Origin: Fimbriosthenelais zetlandica
Lineage: Eukaryota
Assembly (NCBI GenBank): GCA_977030845.1
Contig: OZ365111.1
Span: 6,138,001-6,202,000 of the forward strand
DNA: 64,000 nucleotides
Direction: 5' to 3'
The notes beneath the pieces are model-generated. The model saw only the letters and a list, made by a program, of their open reading frames with translations. It was not told the DNA's origin and ran no database searches. Each line of letters begins with the position of its first letter. The first letter of the stretch is position 1. Of this stretch, positions 14,277 to 27,100 are shown piece after piece. A program made the translations under genes and the position numbers.

Positions 14277-15405
14277 TAAAAGAACCTCGAGCCAGACAGC
14301 CCACATGGTGACAGCTTCCCCGGCTATATATCACATATCATCTCTCCCCTTGGAGTGCCTCCTCACTATCCGTATTGTAAGGCTAAACAGTCTGTCACGC
14401 CCACCTCCTCTTGTGTGTTTTTTACACTCAAAGTCCACAGTCACCAGTATCTGCTCAGAGAAGGAAATTATATGTGAGCAGAGAGACTACACTGATGTGA
14501 ATAAGCTAGAAAATCCCCTGCTTTCCACAAGATTAAAAAAAGATGCTGCTATGTACCATATAATATGGATCCATAGAAAATATTGGAAATATTATTCAGA
14601 CCCGTATCTCCATTCAACCTTATGGTAATTTACTATATTGCAAGTAAATTATATGTCTTGAGCTTACAAGCAAAAAGGGCCCCATTCTGTGCTTTGATAT
14701 TTTATGTGGTCTCTGCTCCTGGCAATTAAAATCAACTGCCTAGAAGCAATATAATATCCTCAGAAAGTGAATATAATATCCTCAGAAAATGAATTTTATT
14801 TTAAACAGAATAGTATATATGTCAGAATGAATTTAACAAAGTTCCCTTGTTTGAACATTACAAACACCTCATGCACACATATCAGTCGGATCACTCTCCA
14901 TCCGTGAAGATAACCTTTGATTTGCCTGTTTGTTCAGCTAGTATGAATGCAGCCATAAGGACATGCCTGCAAACAGATGAGAGATAGGACCTGAGTGCAT
15001 TGTCCCATACAAGTACTGATAGCATCTGATAAATAGGCATCTATAGAGATAAAAGCCCTCCGACCATTTGTACTATATATTAATATTTCTACTGATGTTC
15101 CTCTTGGGCCATTAATAATATTGTAGTATGTGTATATATGGTTGCTTTCTGATAATATAGTCTGCCACCTTGAATAGGAATCCTATCCTAGCAATGCCCA
15201 CTATTTGTATTATTAAATATACATGTCTATTGACTACCAGTTTCATTGTATTAAATGCTCAATATTATCCAAACTGGCATGCATTGTATATGCTACACTG
15301 GCATATACGTAAACTAATTTAAATTAAAATGTTTTTTTTCCATTACCTTCCATATCACTTGGAGAACGTTGGAGAAATTGATATTTCATATTTAGTTTAA
15401 ATAGC

Positions 15406-15526
15406 TGGTCTCTCAGCATAAATGTGGCTGGGTGAGGTATCATGTCATGTGCCTGTGCAGCATGATACATCAGTGAGACAACTGAACACCATAGGACTCA
15501 CTGTCACAAATAAGCCATGATATAAC
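15406..15526 (+). mobile_element. SINE core fragment, same family
   Basis: aatgtggctgggtgaggtatcatgtcatgtgcctg...cagtgag...catgatataac. Confidence 0.7.
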
Positions 15527-18500
15527 ATATAGCTAAAGAGTTTCATGCTAGTCTATCTAACTAGATGCTGGAGCCAGAAGAACAAGAACCCAGGTGGTTG
15601 TGTGTAAAGGCATGAGTAATTCACCGTCAAGTTATCGGCTGGGGCCCAAGCCCTAGTCGTACCCATCCCCTTCTTGTTACCAACTCACTCACAACCTCTC
15701 CCCCACCCCCACCCCCACCATCTCCCCACTCTCCCACTGCAATAAACACAGAAACCCCTTCAGCTATCTGCTTCTCACCACAGCAGGCCTGTAAACGAGA
15801 TTGTTTTGTTTCTTTTCACATAGCAAGAGGAGTGAGGCTTTGCAACTCTAAGCATAGACGTGGGCGTATCAGAATAGACCAAGCCCTCAGCTATGCCATC
15901 CATGTACCCTATGTGTTGTACTCTCCACACGGGTACACGGCACACTATTAATTGCCAACAGACCTTCTTGTTCATTCTCAAGTTACTTGTAAGAGAAAAA
16001 AAGAAGAAAGAAAAAAAGAAGAATTAACCCCCAGTCCACGGATTTTGAAATCCCAATTGATCGGTTTTTAAAATATCCCATACAAAAACTGAATATCAGG
16101 GTTCTACCCGACGTGAGAATTGAAGTTATGGAACCATGTCAAAGTTTATGGAAAGCCAACAATGAACATTATGCCAACATTATCCAAAGTTATGGGAAAT
16201 CAACATTAGCATCAGCAGTGGCTACTTTCAACGCTATGTTAAAAGAGTGGGCAAAAAAACCGAAATAATGACTCCTTATTTTTTCACAACGCCCCATAAA
16301 ACATGAAAATGAAAATTGCCATGTTTGGTTTTGAAAAGAAATGGAAAGGTTATGGAATTGAATTTTCTGTGGAAACTCTGAATTAATTCACACTAAGTGC
16401 ACACTATTTGCTGTTTGCTTGGTTTGTGGGTGGTGTCACATTTTGGAGTGGTCAGAAAGTTCTGATGTTTCTTGTGACGGTTGGCCTAGATGGAAAAGTG
16501 GTGATATGGAATGGATCCAAATGGTCTGTCATGAAGGGGTCAGGGACCCAGTACTAGGTCCCTAGTTATCTAGTTATTTAGCTCACGTATTCATGCCAGG
16601 TTACTTTACTTTAAGTGCCACTAGTTTTAAGATAACATTAATCTTAAAATACAGATTATGGTTAATCTAAATAAACTTTGTTTTACTTAAGAGAAGAAAC
16701 CCCCAAAATTTAAAAATCCAATCTTCAAGTCAGCCTGTCTCTGATTTTTGACTAATAAAACTTGAAAAAAACCCATAGGCCCTATCAATTGATTTGCAAC
16801 TACTAAACTTTCTTCCCCAGCACTGTTTTCTTCGACTTTCTTCCCTGACAATACTTTCAACAGCCACTGTTGTTCAACCTACTTTGATATATATGTAGAA
16901 GAAAAAATAATTAAAAAAACTTTCTGTTTTATTGAGAAGCTTGTTTTATATCATACATATGATCCAGATCATGTCTGGGCTGGGACCCTTGGCTCTGTGT
17001 GGAGGTAGCTGAGCATTGTAGCCGGGGGCCTAAAGAAAACCTTATGTGATAATGATAAAAAGCTTACAATAATATGATGCCTGCTGCATACACCATTGTA
17101 TTGGTGAAGCTATGTGAGACAGAGGGATCTGGGACTTTGTACCGTATGCACACATTTAAACACTGGTTCAAAATGAAAGCCAGGGGTTGGGGATCGCCAG
17201 AAGTTTCGTGTTTAAAGTTTCAATATTGACCCCCCCCCCCCAACAAAAAAAAATATATATATCCAATCAAATTATCAAAACAAACAAATTTTACAAAAAC
17301 AGAACCGTCTCAATTGAAAGGGGTACTTGGAAAATAGGACATCGAGTGGTAATTGGAAACAATACGGTAAATAACAATCTAATGTCAGGAACACACTTCC
17401 ATAAAGTTGCATTATTTATTAGCCGGCCCTCACTATATTACCATGGCATAGATGGTGTATACAGTATCCTGGATCATATTTGTTAGCCGTCAGAAATGGA
17501 AAGTGTAACCGCCATGTAATGGTGGAAAAAGAGACAAATCATGTACTGTAATATGATAGCTCTATATATATTAGGGAATTCATAATTGCTGTCAGATTTT
17601 TCCTGAGGTTTATGCGTGGGTTGCTTTGTGGCTTTTAGAGTTGGTTTGGGTACTTATGCACTTGGCGTTATTTTTAAAATCTATGACAAATATATATATA
17701 TTTTCAAAAATAATATTTAAATTTGTGAACAACATAGAAAGAGAGCGAGATCCCCACTTCAATGCACGTGTAGGCAATTAGCTCTGGTATAAAGAAAAGA
17801 AATGAATATTACAAAACAAATCCCCCCAGACCCCCGAAAACACAAGTACCGTAGTTGAAAAATAACCCCTAAGCAAACTTCCCTCCAAACTTGACTAAAA
17901 AATAAGTCAAAAAAAAATCCAAAGATGACTTAATTGAATAGGGAAAAAGTCCAATTGAATGATATCAGTGGATTGTTTTCAGTGCATTGGATGAGATGGG
18001 AATGTTAGCATGTGGCCTTCCATCTGGGTTATAGGGTGGGGGGCTGGTGGATGGACTAGATACACTGTACACATATAGCTTATGTTGCAGCCACTCCCTC
18101 CCTGACCTCAGCATTGGGATCACCAACCTTGGTCCTTGCCCCATCTCTCCCCCTTCTCTCTTTCCTCCTACATACACAGCTCTCAGTCTACCACATTATA
18201 CTATGGAACTTATCAACATTTTTTTAACCCCTATTCTATCCATACGCCCAGCATCAATGGCAGGGTGTGTGTGCCAGTGGGCTATTATATATTATACACA
18301 TACATAAATGCCCCTGATTTTAGATGTACATGCACATCAAAACCCCCCAACATTGGTGTCAAGGGTTATGTCAATGGGATTTATGTAAGGGCAAAGTTAG
18401 GTTGGGCTTTTCATTTGCCCACATATACAGTTTATAGTCAGAACATTTCATAGGCCACATATCAATTTTCTAGCCACTCTTGGAGGGATGAAAGTTTGCT

Positions 18501-19842
18501 GGTTTTATATATGCCAGAATCTAAGGCTGTGTTCAATGAATTTATAGAATATTTAATTTTTCCAATGAGGAAAAGTAGGGTGAACATTGTATATAGGGCT
18601 AAAGGGCTTTTTGGAATTATAAAACGATCTTTGGACATTTTGGACCCCAAATCCTGGATCTAAATTTTATCTTCCAAGTAATTAATTTCAGTCCCGTCTT
18701 AGCAAAAGCCCAACATTTACTAAGTGTGAGTGAATAAAAAACCTAAGGCAGGAAGGATAACTTGGTCTCAAGAGATAAGAGCTTTGTAATATTTGTTGAA
18801 AAGACCAGATCATGAGTGACTGTCAATAACCCGAGTAGGGAGATAGAACATGATAACACTCACAACCCCCCCCCCCCCCCACCCCCCCGGACCACCCCCC
18901 ACCCCCATCTGGTATGAATCAAATCACCAACCTGGCCATATGTGTTTGCCTTCCCACTCGAACCCTGGCCCCTGGGATGGAGGTCAGGGGTCATTGGCCC
19001 CTGAGGCTGAAACTGATGGAGGAGGTCATGAGTGTTTCTTGTACACTTTTCGAAAAGAAAATTGAAAGTTTTTCCTTCCTTTAGGTCCTCTTCTTTCCGG
19101 TAATGAAAATATGCAAGATTAGTGGCAAATGAAACGAAAGGTGCGAAGGATCTTAATTTATTTTTTAAATAAAGGTTTTCAATTAAAACCCCCATAGACA
19201 TAATGCAAGTATGACCTTTCTTTTAACCTCGCACATACTTGAGCTAAAGCCATGCTGCAATGTACAGTATTTCTCAATTAGATGTTCATTTGCGCAGATT
19301 TGCCATTTTTAAATTAAAAAGCGGGCGTGGTCTGCCTTCACCCAGCTTCCAAAGCCTCGCTGGAATATAATGGATGATTGTGAGATGGAGAGGAAATAAA
19401 TGACTAGGAAATAAATGGATGACAAAGAGGCAAACTGTCTCCATTTCTGGTAGATAAATTACAGTGGTACACAATAAGATTATTTTGGGAATGCACAAAG
19501 TCTGTGAATTTGATCTGTATCAGATGGAATCCTCATGGAATCGGTGCGTGTCTAGCGCTCATACAATCTATGGCTTTGTAATCAGAATGTTTTCCAAGAG
19601 AAATGGTGGTGGGTTTTTAAAAGAATCAAATGTTTTTAATTGGTTGCGTGGTTGAGGGAGAGAAGGTGGTTGGGGGGAGGGTGATCGGGAGAGAGAGATA
19701 GGAGCGATCTGAGGTAGGACGAAGAGGACAGTGAGACAGAAAGAAAGGGAGGGCGATGGGATAGGGAACTGGATAGAGAGACAGAAATAAAATGTTTGAA
19801 CAGAGAGATGGAGAGACATGAAGACAGAGAAGGGGAGAGGGA

Positions 19843-20015
19843 TTTTGCTTGCGACACTATCGCGACAACGGTGATGCTTGTGTCTCAATAAAATTTATAA
19901 ACTGTTGCAGTGTCCAAGGCCTTAAGGCCGTCCTTCACTGGTACATTTTTCTTCAAATGCAACACAAGCATCCCCTGTGTCGCAAGCAAAATCGCAGTAG
20001 TGGAGTACAGGCTTG
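19843..20015. mobile_element. MITE family A, second copy with truncated left end
   Basis: Same ccaaggccttaaggccgtcc core and gtgtcgcaagcaaaatcgcag...gtggag right arm. Confidence 0.75.
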
Positions 20016-20936
20016 ATATGTATAGACTGTAGAAGAGATGAGGTCAGACGACTAGACGACTAATACAATAAGTCTACCGTCTGAAGGTGGATCCCTCAAG
20101 CACTGCTGACACATGCCTGTCAATCAATAGTCAATGCCTTCCTCCAGACTTCTTTCTGTCTGAGTGATAATTCCAATTAGATACCAAATACAGTTCTCCC
20201 CACTTAAACCGACCAAAGCGGTCTCTATAAGGAGGTGGTCGGTTAGGAGGGCTATTTTAAACTGTGACCAGACGAACATAGTCGATGTGGTCGGAAGTTG
20301 GTGGGGGTGGGAGGGGGGGGGGGGGAGTACTGTAATATTGGTTCTCTAGAGTCAGTTTATATCTGATGAAATGATGTGAGATCCGATTATCTCTTATTTG
20401 AGATATTGTCTTGATATCAGGAAGAGTTCACTCCGATCAGATCTTCTAGACTTATGTTACTGATAGCGACCTCACAGTGGTTCGGTTAGGCCCTCTGGTG
20501 TAAGGCAAGTGTGATGACAGAATAATTATTGTGTACATCGAATTCCCGCTTGTCAGTAGCTCAGTAAGCACATAATAAAAGTATATGTCTAATTTCACCT
20601 ACATACCCTGACAGTTAAGTAAAATGAGAATTTATAATAATTTGGGCAAAAAAATGAGAATTCTGAATTCTTTCCAGGGTGCTGGTAATATTTGTTCTTT
20701 CCCACTCTTACAGTCCCGGACATAGCAGTCTCCAAGACTCCATATAGATTTTTTTTATTGGTACAATTTCCATTAGAAGTTGATAACAAATTGACATTGG
20801 ACATTGCAGCAGACAAAATGATACAACGATCCATTTCTAGATTATTTACTTCTTCAGCTCCCACTCAACCATAACAAACATTGTTAAAAAATATAAAGAT
20901 TTTAATTAAATATTTCTGACTTTTCCTGTCTTACAG

Positions 20937-21109
20937 ATCCAGGACATTACAGTAGAGGAGGCTGACAGCTCAGAGACCAAGTCCGCTAAGGATGCGCTGC
21001 TTCTGTGGTGTCAGATGAAGACAGCCGGCTATCCCAACGTGAACGTGCGTAACTTTACCACCAGCTGGCGCGACGGCCTCGCCTTCAATGCTATCATCCA
21101 CAAACACAG
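20937..21109 (+). CDS. beta-Spec: beta-spectrin core exon 1 in window (CH2: IQDITVEE...IIHKH)
   Basis: ttacag acceptor, AG|gtaaac donor, phase 0 to 2. Confidence 0.95.
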
Positions 21110-24100
21110 GTAAACCATGGCTTTTATTCTTATCAATGCAAGGTCAAATTGTAACGTAAAACCTCCATGTCCTCACTTAGGCCACATTTTTTTTAATTGT
21201 TTGGTTCGCGGACCCGCCGACAAAAATTTTTGAAAAATAGAAAAAAAATAATTTATTTTTCTGGCATTAGCGGATCCGCCGACGTTCCGACCTCCGAAGT
21301 TTAAAAATGTTCATATCATGGACCTACACATCAATGGTTTTTAGCAGTTTATATATACTTTTAATGAAGATTTAAAAAAAAAAATTATAAATTTATATTA
21401 AAAATATTTATATTTTTTTTCCGCCCGCCCCCAAAATATTTAGACCTATTTTGTCCGAGAACCAAACAATTAAAAAAATGTGGCCTTAGACGATTAAGAA
21501 AAAAGGTACAAAAAAATCAACACTCCACTCACTCTATCTCAACTTCGGACTTGACAAAAAAAACAATATGTTGTATGGAGATGTCTCTTTCTTCCCTAAA
21601 ACAAGCCTATAGGGAACTCAAATGAAAATGACATCTCAGGAACTTGGGACTTGAAAATGTGGTGGTCTGGTAGATTAGATCTTGCTAAAAGCCAAAGTTT
21701 ATCCTTTCCCAAATGAAGAGTAAATGGAGTAATTAAATAAAGACAATTCTTTTCAAGGCCAAAAATAGGGACTTACCCTTGTCTTTGAATGGATCCATTT
21801 CCAAAGCCAAATCTAAGGCCAATATATGTTGAGGTAACAATTATGCTTTCATAAATATAATATTTGTTTTCGTAAACATAATTATATTCAAGAAAACATA
21901 ATTGTTACCTTAACATAACATAGATGAGTCATGGTTATGCAAACGCCTGACAACCAGATTAATCTTTAGGTCGCGACCCATGCTCAAAAATCGTTCTTCA
22001 GATGAGTACAATTCCGATGAGAAATGTTTTTTGAGAGGGGAAGGGCTGCTTATTCCTGAAACCCTTGGATTAAGATTGAAACTGAATGTTAAAAACAGTC
22101 CCTGAGACTGAGCCCTGTTCAGCTTCAGTTGTGCACTTGGCTTAAAGCACCAACAGGTGTCTGGCCTGTCTGGTTTGTCCGTCCATTGACCAGTTCCGTC
22201 CCTCGCCCGGCTGATAGAACAAACACTGGAAAGGTCCAGACCGGACAGGCACTAGACGGGTATTTGGCCGAGAGTCTGATAAGAATCAGACAAGCATATT
22301 TTTGTCCCTCACCGAACAACAGAAAAAGGATGGAACCGCCAGATTTCGGAATTCCCTTCCTCTCTGACTGGCCAAATAGATGGACAACCTCCCCGGACCG
22401 AATATTGGACGGTTTTTTATTCCGATTGTATCTTTTGAGGATTCATTACTATATGTACAATGGAGAGTCCAGTATTGGGGCCAAAATGTATTTATAAGGA
22501 ATAATGGTTGAGTGGCCGCCTGGCACACAAGTGTGGCTGTACTGATAAAAGCCAGAGAGACTGAGAGAGGGGGAAGGATCGATATTACAGACATTGATCA
22601 GGCCTGGTGCTCGCTCCGTGTACATGGCAGGGCCCACTGTTGTACATCTTGTTGTACAACAGTGATAGAGGGGAAATATCCTGCTGTGGGGTAGGTTGTT
22701 AAGTAATGGATTATGTTAGGGTAAGGTTTTGTGAACTGGGGGTCGGGGTAAGGAAGGAAGGGAGGGAACAGGTTGGGGAAATGTTTTAGGTTTTTGGGAG
22801 GGGTACGGAAGGAATGGAATAGATTGGGGAAAGGTTTGGTGAATGGGGGATATGAGCAGGGAGGAAAGGAAGGAAGTGAACTGTTTGAGGAAGGAAGGAA
22901 GGGAACATGTTGGGGAAAGGTTTTAGGATTTCGGGATATGAACAGAGAAGGGAAAGAAAGGCCAGGAATAGATTGGGTGAAAGGTTTGGTGAATGGGGGA
23001 TATGAGCAGGGAGGGGAAAGGAAAGAAGGAAATGAATTATTAGGGGAAAGGTTTTGTGATTGGGGGATATAATCAGAGTGGCGTAAGGAAGGAAGGGAAT
23101 AGATTGGGGAAGACTTTTGGGATTCGGTCTTGCACAGATCCAGACACAATAAGATGCCGAGGGCAGTGGAGCTGAGATGAGCAAATATACAAGGACTATA
23201 CAAGGAAATCGTCGGTGATAGAGCCACTTTAAGATCTTTTCGATCGCCTAATTGATTGAGACTTTAAGTTTAAGTAGATCGGTGTGAACCATGGCAAGTT
23301 TCAACGTTTATGATGTATTGAGATTGAGTAGAGTGGTAGAGGCAGTGTGTCAAGATTGACAGAGGTAATCTGTCAAGTTGTTGACATATTTTAGTTGTAG
23401 ATGTAGAGTATGTTGATTGAGTGTGATAAGTAGACCTTAGCCTACTATAAGTCCTAACCTATCACTGGTCCGGTTTACACTCCACTCATAACAACCTGCA
23501 TCTGAAAAATAGGACCTTTTGAAAGGGCCTGAGACATTAAATTGTATTTTAAAAAAGGTCTATACTGTACATGTTTACATAGTAAGTTTCCTAAGAAACA
23601 TGAAAAAAATTGACCCCTCGGGCCTCCCTAAAATAAATAGAAAGGATAATAAAATTAAAGTTGAAAAAAAAGTTCAATGCGATCTCCCAGAATAGTGCTC
23701 GGAAAACTTAATCTAAAAACATGAAATTTCAGTCTTTTATGGTCAAATAAATACGTAGAACAGACCGAGGTCTGTGTTTGTCTTCCTCGCCTTGCCGGTA
23801 TCCCTATTGCACGAGGATTTGGCTCCGAAAGGAGAAGGAAATAATTTATAATATAAAGAAAAAGAAAATGCCTAATGAAGATGGAAGGTTGATGGCCCAA
23901 TGCCACCATGAAAGTATTAAAAAGCTGTATTGGAAGAGACCAGCGCCAAGTGAAAAATCTTGTCCACCAAAATTAGTCACTTAAGTCTTGATCTAATACA
24001 GCCGGCTGAGTTTATAGTGTAGTAGGATGGTCAAAAAGAAATATTTTCCTATTTACTGAAAAATCAATATTCTTGCAGGGAGGAGAAATTTATTGTAAAT

Positions 24101-27100
24101 TCAAGAAATTCGGTAATATTCAGAAAATAAAAATGTCTTCCTATTTATGTTTTTCAGGCCCGACCTTATCCGCTATGACAAACTTTCCAAGGCTAACCCT
24201 ACCTACAATCTTAACAATGCTTTCAACGTGGCCGAAGAAAAACTCGGTCTTACACGCTTCCTTGATGCTGAGGGTGAGTACAATTTCCCAATATTTAAGA
24301 AGTTTTTCATTCACAAATTTATAACTTTAAGTTTTCAAGAAGGTGAATCATGAAATTCTTCCTGACAAAAATGTATGTATTTTAACAATTTAGCGATACA
24401 ATATTACACTCATTGTCAATTTTTGGGGGGAATTTTTAAAAGTGGGATTTTACATATTTTGTCACTTTCTGGGAAATTTCAAAAGTGGGTTTTTAAAAAT
24501 TAACGAGTAGGAAAAAATGATTTGTAATTTTTCGCCTTTCAGATGTAGCTTAAAAATTGAACAAGTACTTGTTGGGATTTTAAGAATTGAACGAGTAGGC
24601 TTAAAAAGTAAAGTAGGTCTACAATATTTTATATTATTTTAAACTTTCAGATGTGGCTGTTGACTACCCGGATGAGAAGTCCATCATGACATACGTCGTG
24701 ACATACTATCACTTCTTCTCTAAGATGAAGGCTGAATCTGTACAGGGTCGCCGTGTCGGAAAGGTACGCATCTTTCCCTTTTTACTTCTTCACCAAGTGA
24801 AAAATGAGAAAAAAAAGATGGGGGAAAAAATCCATCATTATCAAATCCCCGTATACTTCCAAAATCTTCCCAAAATTAACTAAGCATAAAAACGCGAGTT
24901 TTGTCTCTTTGAGCGAAAAAAATTCAGTTTTGATTTTAAAATAAAGTAGATTGTTTTAATGAAGTTTAAAGGTTTTTTTTTCTCTAAATTGATATTAATT
25001 CATGGGGTTTTTTGGGCGTCCAGGTGAAATAATGGATTTATTGTATTAAAAAAAAACTAGGCACTTCCAAAAATATACAAATTTATTCAGCTGATGACGA
25101 ATATGCAAGTTCAAACAAATGAAACATTCGGGGAGAAAAGCATGGCGTCAGTTTATATTTCTCAAAATTAAAAAAAAAATGTTTTATGTAGGTCATCAAC
25201 CAGTGCCTGGAGAATGATCAAATGATCAATGACTATGAAACCCTCACCTCTGACCTGCTCGAGTGGATCAAGAACACCATCGAGGTCCTGAACGAGAGGA
25301 ACTTCGCTAACTCCCTCACTGGTGTACAGCAACAACTCACAACATTCAACACTTACCGCACAGTAGAAAAACCTCCCAAGTAAGTCGCCATTAGATCATT
25401 CTGAGATCATTTGTTGACAAAGATGCGATATATCAGCCAGTTGTAAGGCTGTCTTCTTATGCAAAAGGCCCCAACCTGAAAAATGATGGTTTGAAATATA
25501 TGTAGAGGATAGAACTTGGAATTGTGTCAATTGACAGTCTATTTAAAGTCGGTGTATTTTATTTAGTAAAACGAAATTTATAAAATGATGGATTTACATA
25601 ATATATCCTTAATGCGTCTTCAATTTGGCTGCAGTAAAGATTTTACTGCATATTCGACAAGGCAATTAACGTTACTGATCATGATGTTAAAATTTCTTTT
25701 TTCTATAATTGAAAAATCGAACAAAAAATTGAAAAATATTAATAAGTTTCTTTTTCATTTGAAAAATGTTCATAACTTGTACCTTTATTGTTGACAAAGT
25801 GTCAAACTAAAACACCACCCCTCCACTTTTTTGCAGATTTGTAGAGAAAGGTAACTTAGAAGTGCTTCTCTTTACGATACAATCCAAAATGCGGGCCAAC
25901 AACCAGAAGCCCTACCTGCCCAAGGAGACCCAGCTCATCTCCGACATTAACCGGGCCTGGGACCGCCTGGAGAAAGCGGAGCACGAGCGGGAGCTGGCCC
26001 TGCGCGAGGAGCTCATCAGACAGGAGAAACTGGAGCAACTCGCCTCCAGATTCGACCGTAAAGCCGGCATGCGTGAGACGTGGCTCGGTGAGAACCAGCG
26101 GCTGGTGTCGCAGGATAATTTCGGTTACGATTTAGCCGCGGTGGAAGCCGCCACCAAAAAACATGAAGCTATCGAGACAGATATTAACGCTTATGAAGAG
26201 AGAGTACAGGCGGTAGTGTCGGTAGCTCATGAATTAGAACAGGAGAATTATCACGATATAGAGAGGATCACCCTGAGGAAGGATAATGTCCTCCGACTGT
26301 GGAACTACCTGCTGGAACTGCTGCGTGCACGTCGCATGAGGCTCGAACTCTCGCTGGCTCTACAAAAAATATTTCAAGAAATGCTCTATATACTTGACTG
26401 GATGGATGAAATCAAAGTAAGTCAAAGAATTTAAAAAATAATAATTTTATTTTGTTATTCCTCTGAGGAAAGTACATCATAGTTTGAAAATAAATGATAA
26501 AAAGGCAAAAAATATGTTAATGATCAATAAAATTTTGGGATTTTTGCAGTTGTAACATCAAAGGATTGATGAACATGCAAAAAACACATTATTTCAGAGA
26601 TTATTTTAGCTATTGTCACAAATATTGTCCTTTCTTTTGTTTTGATCTTGTACATTTCTCGGGTCATAAATTCGGTACATAAATAAATTTCAAAATAACA
26701 AAACAAACCATAAAACTACATTTAAACTTAGAATGATTTAGAAAAATCAATGTACCCTACTCATTATAAACTACTCCTAATCACAAGTACAAACTGCCGA
26801 CAATATATTTTATTTAGTGATTTCTTGAAAATTGCAAGGTGTAAGTAGGTAATTTTGTGACTTTTAGGCAAGACTCCTGTCTGAAGACTATGGTAAACAT
26901 CTGATGGGTGTAGAGGACCTACTACAGAAACATTCGCTACTCGAGGCTGACATCAACGTCGTCGGAGAGCGGGTCCGCAGCGTCAACTCACAGGCTGACA
27001 AGTTTGTGGAGGGAGAATTTGCTGAGGCGGGCGGTAAGTGTTATTTTTTTTTTTTTTTTTATTTTTTTTTTTTTTTTAATATCATATATCTTTCCGCCCC

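Larger units (their letters stand above)
1..20936 (+). other. 3' portion of a large intron between the CH1 and CH2 exons
   Basis: The first recognisable exon starts at the phase-0 IQDI junction. No CH1 motifs (KKTFTKW, ENVDKAL, WTIILRFQ) were found upstream in the window. Confidence 0.75.

Noticed and set aside
15982-15987. Possible 6-nt microexon TTACTT
   Set aside because: AAG acceptor and weak exonic donor context; likely chance in 21 kb.
499-20615. About 20 TGACAG/CTGTCA (Meis/TGIF-type) sites in the large intron
   Set aside because: Only about two-fold over a rough expectation of about 9; not convincing without a background model.
22598-23227. 209-aa minus-strand ORF and overlapping ORFs
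   Set aside because: Translation of a purine-rich tandem repeat ([12 protein letters not shown] repeated), with no domain and low complexity.
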